Assembly: GCA_964187785.1 (NCBI GenBank)
Contig: OZ076419.1
Span: 17,174,001 to 17,238,000, forward strand
Source of the DNA: Amphiscolops sp. MND2022
Taxonomy: Eukaryota
Direction of reading: 5' to 3'
DNA length: 64,000 nt
This document shows, piece after piece, positions 23,331 to 37,070 of the stretch (position 1 is the stretch's first letter; each line of letters opens with the position of its first letter). The translations under genes and the position numbers were made by a program. The notes below the pieces were generated by a model, which was not told the DNA's origin, did no database searches, and saw only the letters and a program-made list of their open reading frames with translations.

Positions 23331-25721
23331 AAGACGCGTATCTGCGGTAAAGAACCCTAGGTCTGACATTAATGAAACTCAAAATAAACAGCCGTCGGGA
23401 TCCAGAAACAGTAAGTATAGTGTATAGTGGTTCGCGCATCAAATTTTGAAAACTCAGCTTCGCAAGACAAAGATTATCCTCTTAGGTTCTCTGAAATGAA
23501 TGAATAGAAGCATCCAGCCAAACCATCATACTGAAATGAGCCTAACTTAGACACGACGTTTATTTCAAATGAGGAAAAGGTTTATCACAAAAACCATTTA
23601 AAACATAATCATCAAATTGTTGAAAATTGTTAAATCATCGAATGTCAAGATCTTTTAATTCAATTAGATACTTAGTGACCTCAAGCGGATGACTTTCACT
23701 CAAGTGAGAACGTAAGAATCATCTCCTTTGTTCGAATCTTTTGATAAGGTTCAAATACCCGTCAAATGTGACGTTTTTATGAACATCAATGACTTTCAAT
23801 TTCATATTTATTATTCTTTATCACGTCACAGAAAATTTCCAATGAAGGAATTCACTCATGAATTTGAACTTTTGATTTCGAAAATAGCAACGCTGAATTG
23901 AAATGAAAACTTTCGATTGGCTCTGACAACGCTTCAAAGAACTTGTACAGAGATCAACTAAAAGCCGCACGACGATATTTTTTTCGAAAAACTAAAACTA
24001 TGATCAAACTTTTTCGTGCATTTCAAAACTTTCTTTGATCTCAAAGCAAGTTTTTTTTAACTTCTTACCTCATTTCACTCTTTTTCAACTACTCGAAGTT
24101 ACCGAGTCTGAAGTCCACTCCAGATTTGTTTATTTGGAACACCCAAAAACTTGAGTGAATTTCAGCCGGGATTTTGTGAAAGTCTCCCTCAACAGCGCTG
24201 ACGGTCCCATATTGGAGACTTAGTTGCAAAGGGCAAAAACAGACCTTGGTAGAACCAGAAACGGTTTCATTACCTTGTTTTTGAAGCTCGGTGGCCATTT
24301 GAAATTACCGGTAACGAAGCTGATATTCTTCTTGACATAGAGAAGGAACCCGCGTGTGTCAACAATTTATTGCATAGCTGTTCCAAAACGTAAATATTTC
24401 ATCGAATGGATCACCCGTATCTTCAGCGAACAATTTGTATTTATTACAAGCCCATGGCGGAGGTAGAACGGTTGCAACATAATTTTTAGTCGGCGTTTTC
24501 GAAGAAATTCCCGACTCTTACAGTGGCTAGTTTTTTTTCGTCAGTTCAACGCGAACGTTCACTTTTTGTGCATTAAGGCAATTAATGCACATTTACCAAT
24601 TTTTACCATATGTACTTAGTACTTCATTTGCAATGCATCCTAAGCGTCTTACATTTCTTCCGATTTTTTTTATTGTTCCTCCCATCAATTTTTGATATTT
24701 TGCAACAGAATGGATGTTCAAAAAATCCCAAAGCATCCCCCTTATTACATTTTTCGGCACTATGCGACTTACCGGAAACTCCGAAAAAAATTCAAAAAAA
24801 AATTCGGAAATTTTTTTCTCAATTTTTAGTTTTTTGAGAGCTTTTGTTGTCTCCAGTTGTAGAAAAAGTGGTTTTCGAGTCTTTTTGAGCCTTAGATATG
24901 GCGCCGACTTGGGCCGTTCCCGGTTTGTTTGTCCAAAGATGGGGGCTGCGTTGCGAGGAGTATGAGTTTCAGGATGATCCGAAAGATGTGTCAGTTGACG
25001 TTGCGTTTTCCAACAGTAAAAAGCTCGGATAAAAACTTACTTCGAATTGAAATTATTTTGGCCGGCTTGCTGACATAATTTTCGCAGACAATAACAAGTT
25101 CTCGCAACCCAGAATTGACGTTCGAAGTAGCCTACATTACGATACATACGCCGCAAAAGTGGAATTTATCATCAAGTGTAAAGTGTATTTTCCGTAGTAC
25201 CTCGATTTCGAGAGCAGTTTGTAATGAGTCACAATGATGGTTCGAGAGATTGACAGGGGGACATTTCAACACCAATTTTTTGTTTACCGCTATTAATACA
25301 CGACTCAGATTTGAAAAATCACATTACTTTTCATTGAAATAATAGCAAAATGACACTGGAGAAGAAATCCTGGTTTCCAGTGATGCAACTGTGTATTAAA
25401 AAGATAACTTTTCCAATCGAGCTGAAACCGGCCCAATTGTTTTGTTTATGGTTCCTGAAACAAGTATCAGTGGGCCCTTAGAATCAAACCTTTTCATTTT
25501 AAGCAAATGAACCTCGAAGAACTTCGTTCAAACTGAAATGGGACACTAGTTGGTGCACTAGTGTCCTATTCGAAATCGTTTCACAAGTTCTTAGTAAATT
25601 CAATGTATCTCGTCTTGGCGTGTGTTTTTTTACTTGCTGCCCCTGACCCAGCTGTCAAACTGGAAAGATCTGTTGAAAGACATCCTCCGCTAATCAGTCA
25701 AGTCCCAATAGCCTGAACGTG

Positions 25722-25892
25722 TGTAGATTGAGCTTAGAGATCAGACATTACATAATGATATTATGTAATTATATTAAAAGTACCTGCTAAAATACTGTTA
25801 GCCACATTTGATATACCATCAGTATCTATACGATAAAGCTAGAATACAGTATTGACCTCATATACTATTTTGATACCCTCGAAGTTACAACA
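25722..25892 (+). repeat. 5' LTR (171 bp)
   Basis: Direct repeat of 31400-31570; contains hairpin ATTACATAAT-GAT-ATTATGTAAT. Confidence 0.94.
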
Positions 25893-25902
25893 TGGCGCAG
25901 TC
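25893..25902 (+). promoter_or_regulatory. PBS (tRNA-Ser-like)
   Basis: TGGCGCAGTC immediately after the LTR, complementary to ...GACTGCGCCA. Confidence 0.7.
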
Positions 25903-25905
25903 ACA

Positions 25906-28900
25906 ATGACTTCAAGTAGTCAAAAAATTATTACGAACGAGGCGACGGGGCCGAATTCTTCCAGCGAAGAATCTGAGAGAAAGGGTAGAGCAAAACCCCA
26001 CCAAAAGACAACCCTACCCATATTCGAAAAGAAGACCACACAAGACGCGAAACTATGGTGGAGAAGATTCATACAATATGTCATGATGACTCAAGATATC
26101 GATTTGAACAACATGACAACTGATAAAGAAATTTTACCTGAATTTCGAGAAGAACTGGAGGTTAAAATCAAAGATATATTCATCTGGGCATTGGGAGAAG
26201 CTGCAGTGACGGAGATGACAAAAACAGTAAGAGATAATGACCCAAACAAGATGAATATGAATCAATTGTATGCTTTGCTTCGACTCCATTTCATACCCCA
26301 AAGAAAGAAATTCCATAGTCGGACTTCTTTGGAATAACAAAAGAACCAAATGAATCTGCAGAAGATGTCTGGACAAGGATCTTGCAAACTGAGAAAAACT
26401 GCGAATTTGATAAAGTAACTCCAGCGAAATTAATTGCATCGAAGTTCCTATCCCTCATTGGGGGACTACGAACTGAAGAAAAAGATCCGGAAAAGTGACA
26501 TGACAAAAAGAAACAATAACGGACTTGATACATGAGTACATGTATGATCGGCTAAACTATTCAAATAAATCAAACAACGGAAGAGATATCAAACATGTGC
26601 AAGAACGGCCACAAAAAAAATGGCATGAAAAAACCAGTTACGACAAAAACAAAAGAAGACCGGAGTACAACAAAGAAAGGTACAAAGATAACCGATGCGG
26701 TCAATGTGGAACGCCAAACTGGACAAGACAACACATATGTCCCGCCAAGTCCGTTGAATGCATACATTGTAAAAAGAGAGGACACTATGAAAAGATGTGC
26801 CGTATACCTAAAAGAATTCAACATGTGGATAAAACAACGTCATCAGCGGAAGAAGATAACTGGGATTACGACAAAATCCAGAGAATGAACAACAGCAAAA
26901 AGAAAAACGATTACATTTACGTAACCCTATTGGTTAACAATGCACCAATAGAACTCATCATAGACAGTGGTTCCCCAGTAACACTAATACCCAAACGATT
27001 GTTAAATGAAATAACAAAGGTGAAGAAACTGAACAATGATTACAAAGATGTAAACGACAACAAGATAGAATTTATTGGACGAACAAATGCAACGGTGAAA
27101 ACAAACTCAACCACTCTACAACTGCCGCTATTAATTACAAAAGCAAACATAACACCGTTAATGGGACTAGACTGGATGAAACGGCTGAAAATAACAATCA
27201 ACTCAAACACCGAAGCCATCAAAATACACAACATAAGAATGGACAATAATGACAAGAGAATTCTGAAACTGAAGAACGAATTCAAAGATTTATTCTACAA
27301 CAATACCGAAATAAAGGACACGATAGTCAAAATAAATCTAAAAGAAAATGCAAACATCGTACAACAAAAAGGAAGACCAATACCAATACACCTACAAGAT
27401 CAAGTAGCCGAAGAATTGAAGAGATTGATAAAAAACGGATGTTTGAAAGAGCAACAGAAATTAACGAAGATTGTTTCGTGAGCCCCACAGTGATAACGGT
27501 AAAGAAAGACAATTCAATAAAGATTGCATTGGAGTCAAGAAAATTAAACGAAGCAACAATCAAACGAAAAGCACAAATGCCAAACATGGAAGAATTGATA
27601 TCAAGAATATCAAGGAAGATATCAGAAGAAAAAGAAGGCGAAACACACAAGTCAACTCAGACTAGATGTACAAACAAAGAATTTGTGGATATTCACAGTT
27701 ACAGGCGGAGAATTCACCGGATACTACCGTTTCCTGAAAGGATTTTATGGACTGGCAGACATACCGACTGTGTTTCAGGAACGGATAGACAAAACACTTG
27801 AATTCAAACACCCCGCTTGGTTGGATGACATAATAATTGTCACCAAAGGAAGCGAGAACCCGAAAAAATGCGAATTTTTCAAAAAAGAAGCAGAATGGAC
27901 TGGACACAAAATAGACCAGAATGGAATACGACCGCTATAAGATAAGTTGGAAGCCATAACAAAAATTGAAATACCAAAAAAACGAAAAAGAATTAAAATC
28001 CTTCTTGGGGGCGATACAAAACTTATCAAAGTACATAGAAAATCTGTCGGCGCAAACAGACATACTCAGAAAACTACTTTAAAAAAGCAGAACAAGTGGG
28101 AATGGACAGAAGAACACACAAACGCTTTCAACAACCTCAAACAACTAAAAACTCAGTTACCATACTTAGCACACTACAACCCGAAAAGCGAAAACATATT
28201 AACAACAGACGCAAGCACAAAAAGACTGGGGGCCACACTATGGCAGAAACAGAAAGATGGAAATTTAAAACCGATCGGATTTGCTAGCAGATTTTTATCG
28301 GATACGGAGAAGAAATATGCGATAAACGAACTGGACTTGCTGGCAGTAGTGTGGGGATTGGAACGTTTTCGATTATATATCTATGGTAAGCCGAAAGAAT
28401 TATTAACCGATCATCAAGCGCTGGAACCATTAATTTAAAGAAATAGATCGAATAAAATCTACATCGCAAGATTAACAAGATGGTTAGACAGCTTACCGCA
28501 TTTCGATCTTCAAATAAAGCACGTTGCAGGCAAACATTCGAAATTAACCGACTACTTGAGAAGAAATCCAATTTCAAAGCCGGAGCCAATAGAAAAATAT
28601 GACAACGAGCACGTAATCAATTGCATAATCCCCTTACTGGAGTTTATCAACAACTACGGCAGCATCACCGATGAAAGAAAAACAACGACGCAAACGAACC
28701 AAATGAACTCGCACAAAACGAACAACCAATCAAATTCAAGATATGTGCTGAAACTACAGACGAGTAATAACCAACGAAAGAATCGCAGTTCGTTGCTATC
28801 ACAACAAAATTCAGTTTACACTCATCACTACGAAAGCAAACAATTTCAAAACGACAAAATGGATCCTAAAATAGTAGAAGCATTTGAAAAAGAAGACCCC

Positions 28901-31107
28901 TCCGACGAAATTTTGAAATTAACAACAGGATGGAAAGAAATAACAAAACCTGGAGATTACCGCTTAACCCAGGGACAATGGAAAAGATACAATCCTCCAA
29001 GAACACTGAAAGCAGAACAAAAGAAAATTGAATTCGAGCTATGGCAAAAGAAAAACAAGCTCTTGTGGCGAAGAATGGAAGGAATGAGCAAGGAGACGCA
29101 AGAAGAAATTGAACAAAAAAGAGAGTTCCACAGAGTAATAGACAAAACACGCAATTTACAAAGACCAAACGAAACTGGACAAGGAACAAGCAGACAGCAA
29201 ACGGGAGAAATACAACATGACTCAGAAATACCGGAACTCGAAGACGCAGAAACAATGTAATCCGGTTCAGAAAATACAATCGCAGTACCGGCAATAAATT
29301 TCAAACGATACTTGGGCGCAACCGGTGTCAGATACATAAACATGGAAAAAGCCAGTAAAAATCAAACAAGCAGCAACTGAAATTTAGAAGAAACCGTTCG
29401 ACAAGTCGACCAAAAATTCGCTACAGATTTGAAAAAAATCGCGGGAGAAACGACCAACGACGAGAAATTACTTAAAACACTGGTATGCATAGAGCGAAAG
29501 ACAATGGAACAAATACCCGAAGAGTATAAAGGATACACAAAACAATTGTCAACGAGATATGGTGTCGTCTTCTATGATGATAAAATAATAATCCCGCAAA
29601 CACTGACAAGGACAATAATTACTTTACTCCACAAAGGACACCCGGCAATCAACAAAAATTCCGCGGTAGCAAAACCATTTTGGTGGCCGAAACTAACAAA
29701 GGAGATACAAAACAAATGCGACGAATGCATACCCTGCAAAATGACCGGTTAGTCAATTAAACCACAAATTCCAATGTCAGAAATAAACTACTTACCACCA
29801 ACCGATAAACAAAATGAAGAAATTCAATTGGACTTCATCGGTCCAATTAGATTTAAACAAAGGAGATTCTTTATCCTAATCTCCATCGACCGATATAGTA
29901 GATGGCCAGCAGCATGTATATGCGAAGCGCCAAATGGAAAAACCGCAAAAATCTTTTTGGAACAATATATTCCACTAAACGACATACCACAAGTAATCAG
30001 AACTGACAAAGGAACGGCTTTTACAGGAAACGACTTTAGATCTACCTGTAAAAAAAATTAAATATAAAACTAATATAAGGTACGCCATATATACATACAG
30101 CGACAGGCATAGTTGAAAGAGGCATAAAAACGCTGAAAGATTTAATGAAAACAAATTTGGAAGATAAATGTACAGTGAGTGAAGCGCTAAGCCGATCACT
30201 AAATGTGATGCGCACAACCATCCATTCAAGCATAAAAGAAACACCATTCGAAAGACACTACGGAAGAAAGCCACGAACGGAAATAACAAGTTATTTAAAC
30301 TTACCAACGGATATAAACGAAATTGTTTCAGCACGACCGGAGACTCTACAGGTGTACTCCTTTAACAACGGAGACGGCGAGTACGACCAACTCATAATGA
30401 AAGCGCCACGCAAGCTGAAATGTGACGTTAGTAACAAATTTCCATACCAATTTCTAGAAAAGAAAAATAAAAAAAACAAGTTTGAAAGCAACTACGAAAC
30501 AAAACCCTAAACAGCTATAGCGGGAACAAAACACACAATAACCACGGATACGAATAAAACCATACACCGAAAATTAATTAGTAACCCACTACCACATTCA
30601 TTTCAGAACCCCTTATCAAGACGGGGAGAGAACAGGAGGGGACCAGACGGAAAATTCGCCCAGAAATCAGCAAAGCAAGTAGAAGAAGAAGACACCGAAG
30701 AAGAACCAGAAGAAATAGAACCGGAAGAAATAGAAGAACAAGATCCAAGCACGCCAAACACATCAATCGAAACATTAGAGCACAGTTTCGACTTCGCGGC
30801 ACCAAGACAAGTGGGGAGAGGCAGATAAAAGCAACCACAAAACACAAAAACCAACACTCCAGGAAAAGACAATCTCAAAATGCACGTTAAGAACATGAAC
30901 GAAGAACAACTACAACAAGCAAGGGAAACAATTGCCGAAAACACCAGAAATGTAACCATCATCGACAACAACGGCAATGATGATAACTATGATATAAAAA
31001 CGGAAATAATAGAACCAGAAAACAATAACAATGTACAAGTCCGAAGATCAACCCGTATTAAAACCACAAACCCTATAATTAGATTAGGAAACCCAATAAC
31101 ACATTGA
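25906..31107 (+). pseudogene. Gypsy gag-pol polyprotein, frameshifted with internal RT deletions
   Basis: Twin knuckles CGQCG...HIC and CIHCKKRGHYEKMC; PR IIDSGS; RT FYGLADIP...WLDD; RH LTTDAS...NELDLLA...TDH; IN H...CIPC, DFIGP, RTDKGTAF, GIVER. Confidence 0.9.
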
Positions 31108-31384
31108 TATTTACAGGATGTACAGTGGAGAAGATATTCAATCAACAAACGGAGAACCAGTGGGAGTGAATACAAGCAACGGCACAGAGAAGGAGAGAAG
31201 AAGCGGAATGGAAGAGAGAAGCATCATAAAACATTCCCCGGCGGTGAAAAGAAAAAAACAATAAAAAACACAAGTACCTGATGCTATTGATGTTTATAAC
31301 GTTTACATGCAACTCAATACGTACATAAACTAATGTACCAAACTTATTTACATGAAGTTATGTTATGTTATTTGTTTGCTACCC

Positions 31385-31397
31385 AAGAGGGGGGGGG
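31385..31397 (+). promoter_or_regulatory. Polypurine tract
   Basis: AAGAG followed by a G run, ending 2 nt before the 3' LTR. Confidence 0.85.
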
Positions 31398-31399
31398 AA

Positions 31400-31570
31400 T
31401 GTAGAGTGAGCTTAGAGGTCAGACATTACATAATGATATTATGTAATTATATTAAAAGTACCTGCTAGAATACTGTTAGCCACATTTGATATACCATCAG
31501 TATCTATACGATAAAGCTAGAATACAGTATTGACCTCTTATACTATTTTGATACCTTCGAAGTTACAACA
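31400..31570 (+). repeat. 3' LTR (171 bp)
   Basis: Direct repeat of 25722-25892. Confidence 0.94.
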
Positions 31571-34101
31571 TCGTGGTTCGCTTTCTCGCCCCCAGAGCTA
31601 ACAATTTCAAAAGATTTAGTTGACTCCTTCACTCGTCCCGAGACTACTGCTGTTCAGCAGAGTGGATCCATCTCAACGGAAGCTTTTTCTAGGACAGCTC
31701 CAAATTAGGGGGAAAATGCCGAAAATAGAAACAAGTAGACAGCTTGCGGTGTAAAGGGCTCACTCCTCAAACGCATATTAAAGAGAACAAAATTGTGAAA
31801 ATTATTTAAAAGTTGTTTCTCTGTTCTCTGTTTATCTAGGGAAAGGTGAACTTCTTGAAGCAAAACGTATGCATAAAGAGTTACCGGAACTGTTACAAAT
31901 CACAACAGGGTTCACTGCTGTGAAACTTATTCTAGCTACTTTTGTGAAGCAATATAATAGCAGGACGATAGGTACTGGAACTCATCCAACTATATGGGAC
32001 TACTGTCTCTTTCAAGAATTCATTTTTTATAATCTTGTAGCTTTTCTCGCCTCATTATTCTGTTCGTTCTATTTTATCATCGTTTGTCAGAACTCAGTTG
32101 TGTTGTCTTTAAATATCTTTTTCAAATAATAAATAGTTCTAAGCTTTGGTTCGATTGTTTTTATGATTTTTTGTCCATGGTTTCACATAAATCATTTGCC
32201 GGTGTATTCTGATATGACTTCGTCTTTTTTTCAAGAGCATTGGACAATGTTATAACGAAGGCATAGGTATTCCAATGCAAACTAACGGTGATCTTTGGAG
32301 GATCGTAATTCACAGTAGCTGCCCTAATTTTTCGAAAACGTTGTTCCAACATCAAACGGAGGTTCCAACATTTTCGGCCACATTTTCTTCAATAGAGTAT
32401 TTAGACTACATTAGTCATGTTCCAAAACAAATGGCAATTTCTTCCGACGGAAAAACTTCTTGGAATTCACAAAGAATTTAACAAAAGCCAAACAGTCATA
32501 TCAGACAATTTTTGGGACAGCTTTTATTTCGCTGATAACATGTATGGTTTGAAATTGGGTTTTTCAAAAGAAAACTCAAGGTATCGACTCTTGGATTTGC
32601 AGAATAACAGCATGCAAACCTGGGTAATCAACTTTTTCGGCACTAATTTTAGCATTGGGTGTCTCAATTTGGTTGATCTGTTTGGATTGCAATAACGCAG
32701 TATGATTCAAACGAAGCACCGAATTGTTCCATATGTATCCATACAGAGAGCAACACGATTTCATGCATGAAAATTGATGCAATGTTAGCGAGCCATGGTG
32801 CACTTTATGTTCTGCAAACGACAAGTTGCCAAAAAATACGAATGGATCAATTCCCATCCCTTGACAAGCTTCAGAGCGGAGTGAATCTTTATAAAAAGTT
32901 TTTTCAAAGAAACCTGAAATAATAACTTTTCACATAGTTTTGAATGGGCTTAAAGAGCCCCATGATTTTAGTTGCCCCATGAGTCTAGCATTTTGAGAAT
33001 TATTGGTGAAAACTAAACTCTGAAGGAAATTTTTTCACTTTGGTAACAAAAACTTTTTTTTTCAGTTAATTGTTTTTCATTCGCTATTCATCAGCCTAGT
33101 CTAAATGCTGTCAATTTTCGTCATTTTTTCGATAGTTTGAGAAACTTTTATTTGGTGACTGAAACGTTGAGGGATTTTGCGACACGACCCAATTTAATTC
33201 TGAAATTGTTCAATCCGAGGAATGTTGCAAAAGTATGTAACCATGACGATGAATGAACAATTTGCTTGGTGGAAAAAACCATTCTCGTTACCTTCAGTTT
33301 GTAGAAGAAACTTTAATTGCAAATGATTTCAAATCAAAGAAAAAGAATGACACCATGAATGGTGAATGAATCAAAAAGAGAGCAAATTCTGATTGTTTCT
33401 GATTCTTTTAACTCGCGAAAAAATATCAACTTTGGAGATACATATCGATGCAGTAAATTTTGGCGTATTGTAGCTTAGTTTCCGGTTAGATGGTCTCTGA
33501 GAGTGGACATCTTTTCTTGAACTCTCTTCAGTTTCCTAAGAGTTTTTCACCTAATCATAAAAATTATAGCTTTAAATTTCTAAATTTTACACTTTAGAAC
33601 TACTCAAACACTAAAACCACACACTTTAAAGAATCATCAAATTTATATAACCACGCGTTTCCTCAGTCTTTGAAGTTTCTTCTGGTTCCAATCTTTTCTT
33701 TCAAGTATCTTCAGAGAACGAGACCAAGTGTTTCCCTTCAAAATGCTTACAGGATTATATGTTTTTGAAATGTTTCACGATTTTTCAAAAAGAAGCAAAT
33801 TTTGAAAAATTTGAAACAAATCTCTCGGAGATTGACTAAGACGAATTTCCAAAAGGAATTTTTCAGGGAAATTATAATTAGCGTGAGTATAGATTTCTCA
33901 AATTCTCACCAGATTTTCCAGAGTATTCCAACTAGTTTTTGTCAGTTAGCTGTTGGGTTCTCGGATGTTTGATCATACATAGTTTTTTGTACCAATGTTT
34001 TTCAGTTGCATTTCGATGAATTTTTGCTTCATTCAGGCCAATAAGGAGAGTCACAAGATTCCTACAACTCAGTCCTGATTATCCCAATTCATCTTTTTAC
34101 A

Positions 34102-35025
34102 TCATCTTCTGTGCAAGATTACATCATCTGTTTTTTCGTGCAGGTTTTTACTGCAAACAACAACACACTGACACATAATGGGGACATCGTGTATGAACTC
34201 GAACTCACGTGAAACAGAATTCGGCATTCCTGCAGCTACGTCCCCTGACCGAGTCGTATTTGGCTGGCCAGGTCCCCATGACTCGCATGTCATTGGAAGA
34301 GTGCCATCTAGTGTTTTCCACGTCTCATTTTCGTACCAAACCCCCACCCAGAAACAATAGGGACTCCCCAATACGCTGTTGAAAAATTCCAACGTATCCC
34401 TACTGTCCTCAGAACATACATCCTGGAATAAGGTAGCATCTAACCTAGAGCAATAAGTCAGTGCTCCGCGGAAATACTTGTATTCATAGAAAAACGAGTA
34501 CAGCCCAATAATGGCCTTTTCATCGTTTGTGCAAATTTGTTTGCCTCCGTGTGAGCTGATGTGACATTTTCTAATCTTCTCTCTCTGCCATTCATCTTTA
34601 GTCACTAAAGTCCAGGTTTTGGTCCAGGTACCCCATCTTGCATCCACCCGTTTCTGGTTTATCTGGCAAAAATTCGGGAGTGTGTCATTCTGGATATTTC
34701 TCGGCGAACCCCTCTCGAAACATTTGGGAAATTGGTGCTTCCTCATCCCCAAATAGACCGAAAGGGGGTCATCTACGGTTGTAGAGCCCTCGGTGAATAC
34801 ATCTCCGGAATTGAGTTCACAATGTCTGGGTTTTAAGTAGTTGAAAGAAAAACAGGCCGGAGTTTGCAAACAAACGGCCCCACATTTTCGAATAGGAATG
34901 TCAGATATTGTTCGCAGTTTACATCCAATGAGTTTCTCTTTTGGTCTAAAATCTTCGAACGTTACTGAGCGATGTACCAAGGGTCCTCCATAAGACATAA
35001 TGCCAGAAGATAGAAGATCAGCCAA
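34102..35025 (-). CDS. Intronless PAN/Apple + truncated TSP1-like + C-type lectin protein (5' end uncertain)
   Basis: PAN: CGAVCLQTPACFSFNY...CELN. TSR-like: WGTW...REKIRKC. CTL: ALTYCSRLDATL, FWVG, WGPGQPN, terminal VVC. 307 codons open. Confidence 0.8.
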   Translation of the reverse strand: MADLLSSGIMSYGGPLVHRSVTFEDFRPKEKLIGCKLRTISDIPIRKCGAVCLQTPACFSFNYLKPRHCELNSGDVFTEGSTTVDDPLSVYLGMRKHQFPKCFERGSPRNIQNDTLPNFCQINQKRVDARWGTWTKTWTLVTKDEWQREKIRKCHISSHGGKQICTNDEKAIIGLYSFFYEYKYFRGALTYCSRLDATLFQDVCSEDSRDTLEFFNSVLGSPYCFWVGVWYENETWKTLDGTLPMTCESWGPGQPNTTRSGDVAAGMPNSVSREFEFIHDVPIMCQCVVVCSKNLHEKTDDVILHRR

Positions 35026-36886
35026 AAGGAATGCTCTTGAAGGTGGTGCACAGACAAAAGCGCCCCAGTCAAAAACGCCCCTATACGAAGGTCCTCTTTA
35101 ATGTTCGAGTTGAATTATTCAGCCTCAAATTGAACTTGATTGAGAGCGCTGAGTGAATTTAAGGTCTCATTTGTAAAACCCAATTAATTTTTCACACCTA
35201 GAAATTCCCAAATAAGAACAACTCAAACTGATAATTTCGGCACTGATACTTATTTATTTGGAGTTACGAACTTCAATTGGGTGTCGGGAAAAATATCAAA
35301 CCGCCAGTCGCCTTTGTTTGGGGGATTTTGTCAAGGGCCTTTTTGTCTGGTCACCTTAAAGACTGCTCCATTAAACAAAGGATGAAGTAGATGAGTCCCA
35401 AACAAAGTGTTCGCCAGTAATTGACTAACTCCATAGCAGTGACTGTCGGATTTCTTGGAAAATTTCGTTAGAACAAGAGATCCCCAAAATTGATACCAAG
35501 TGAATGTCTTTCAAAAGGTGGTGTCAAAATCCACACAACTCTGAGCAGCTTTTGAAGTGCAAGAAATGAGATTTGTTAAGAAACCACGTGAAAGCAATTG
35601 AGAAACAACCAGAAAATTAACTCCTATTACCGAGTTTTTTTAATTAAAATACAAAACGCTCCGTTACAGAAAATTTTTCAGATAGAGATGTTTCATACCA
35701 GTTGTCAAATGACTGCAAAAACGGGTTGGTCGACTGGTTGGGTTGGTCGACTGTTTGGCATAATAATGAAGTCGTAGCATTTTGTAATTCGAACAAAATC
35801 CGGACAAATTTGACGATAATTTATTTTAAAAATTCCAACTTAATCATGGAACAACCATGAAAAGTTTACGGTCCTAGAGTGTTGTGCAACGCTCAATGCA
35901 ACAAAAAGCAATTGTGCTAGAAGTTGTATTCTACGACTATGTAACTATAAAAGAGAAAAAAGAATCTTTCTAATCCCGTTCTTCTTTTTCTTCTTTTGTT
36001 AGTCTTTTCACTGTTCGGTTGTTGTTACATTTTTGTCAGCATGCTTTTGCGTAGTGAGCTTTCTTTCCGCATTTGTTGCAGTTTGCCTCTATTGCCGGAC
36101 ATTTGTGTAGTGGTATCCAATCCGGTGAGTTGCAAAATCTGCATGGTCGGTTCCCTGTCAATCTGTTTTTCCTTCTCATACTGAACTTCTCCATTATTTG
36201 TATCGGTTCTTCTTTGGTTGTGTGTTTTTCTTTTGCCGAAATTAATGCTTCCGGGATTGTAATTTTCTTCTTCTTTTCGTAAGTGTTTCGCCTGATTAGT
36301 TCATTTGTTTTCTTTAATTCCAACGTTTTTGAAACCATTTTTTACAGCAGTTTTTTGTTGGTAATTGCGGTCATGTCTTTGGATATTAACAGTTCTTCGG
36401 CTGAAACTATTTTGAAGTTTCATTCTTTCTCGATTTCGATCAGCCCTCTCCAGAGTTCTTGTGGTGTGTCGTCTTTGGTTTATTTAGACCAGACGAAATC
36501 TCCCCGGATGTGGTATGTATTGCCTTTGGAACGGTAAAATTCGAAAACTAACCGGATTGAGTCTTTCATTTTTATGCTGTCCAGTTCCGTTGTGTACTCG
36601 GCTCGGGTTATTGAATACAGGCCTTCGGGTCCCACTCCGAAATACTCTAAGATAGCTTGTTCTTTTGCGATCCATCAGGATTCTGTGACGTCTTCTCATT
36701 TTGTTACTGGTGTAAAATCTATTTTATGTTCCATCTCCTAAATTGTCGGAATCGTTCAAACCACTGTGTCGGAGTGAATACCGCATTTCCGTTCGAAACG
36801 CTTGCAGGTTCGTTAGAATGTTTTTCTCAGCCATAAAATGTTCCGTTCAATTTATTTGTTTCAAAAGTTGGCTGACTGCGTCATAT

Positions 36887-37070
36887 TGTCTTCTACGACT
36901 ACGATAATATAAAAGGGAAAATGATTGAAATACAACTTTTCTATTTTTGTACTAGATCATAAGCAACGGTATTAAAAGTATTTAGTCTGAAGTCTTATTG
37001 AGTTTGTTTACTAACAAATCGTATAGTCTTTTAGACTAATGTTCGTTAACTGAAGCTTGGTAGATGTCAA
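36887..37070 (-). repeat. Partial LTR (5' ~25 nt and PPT deleted)
   Basis: Roughly 80% similar to 43421-43608; followed on the minus strand by the PBS variant TGACGCAGTC (36874-36883). Confidence 0.8.

Larger units (their letters stand above)
25722..31570 (+). mobile_element. Full-length short-LTR Ty3/Gypsy element (Mag-like), decayed
   Basis: 171-bp TG...CA LTRs at 25722-25892 and 31400-31570 (5 differences). Imperfect 5-bp TSD ACGTG/TCGTG. PBS and PPT present. gag-PR-RT-RH-IN fragments in order. Confidence 0.94.

Noticed and set aside
24089-24965. Short ORFs and A/T-tract repeat as a Polinton or virus-like end
   Set aside because: No polB, capsid, ATPase or protease motif and no partner TIR are visible; unsupported from this sequence alone.
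25541-25566. 10-bp hairpin GGACACTAGT/ACTAGTGTCC and 17-bp tandem at ~35723
   Set aside because: Isolated; no associated element, so could be chance or repeat debris.
31869-32860. Cluster of 60-90 aa ORFs as a gene
   Set aside because: No domain motifs, no consistent splice phases, and ORFs on both strands.
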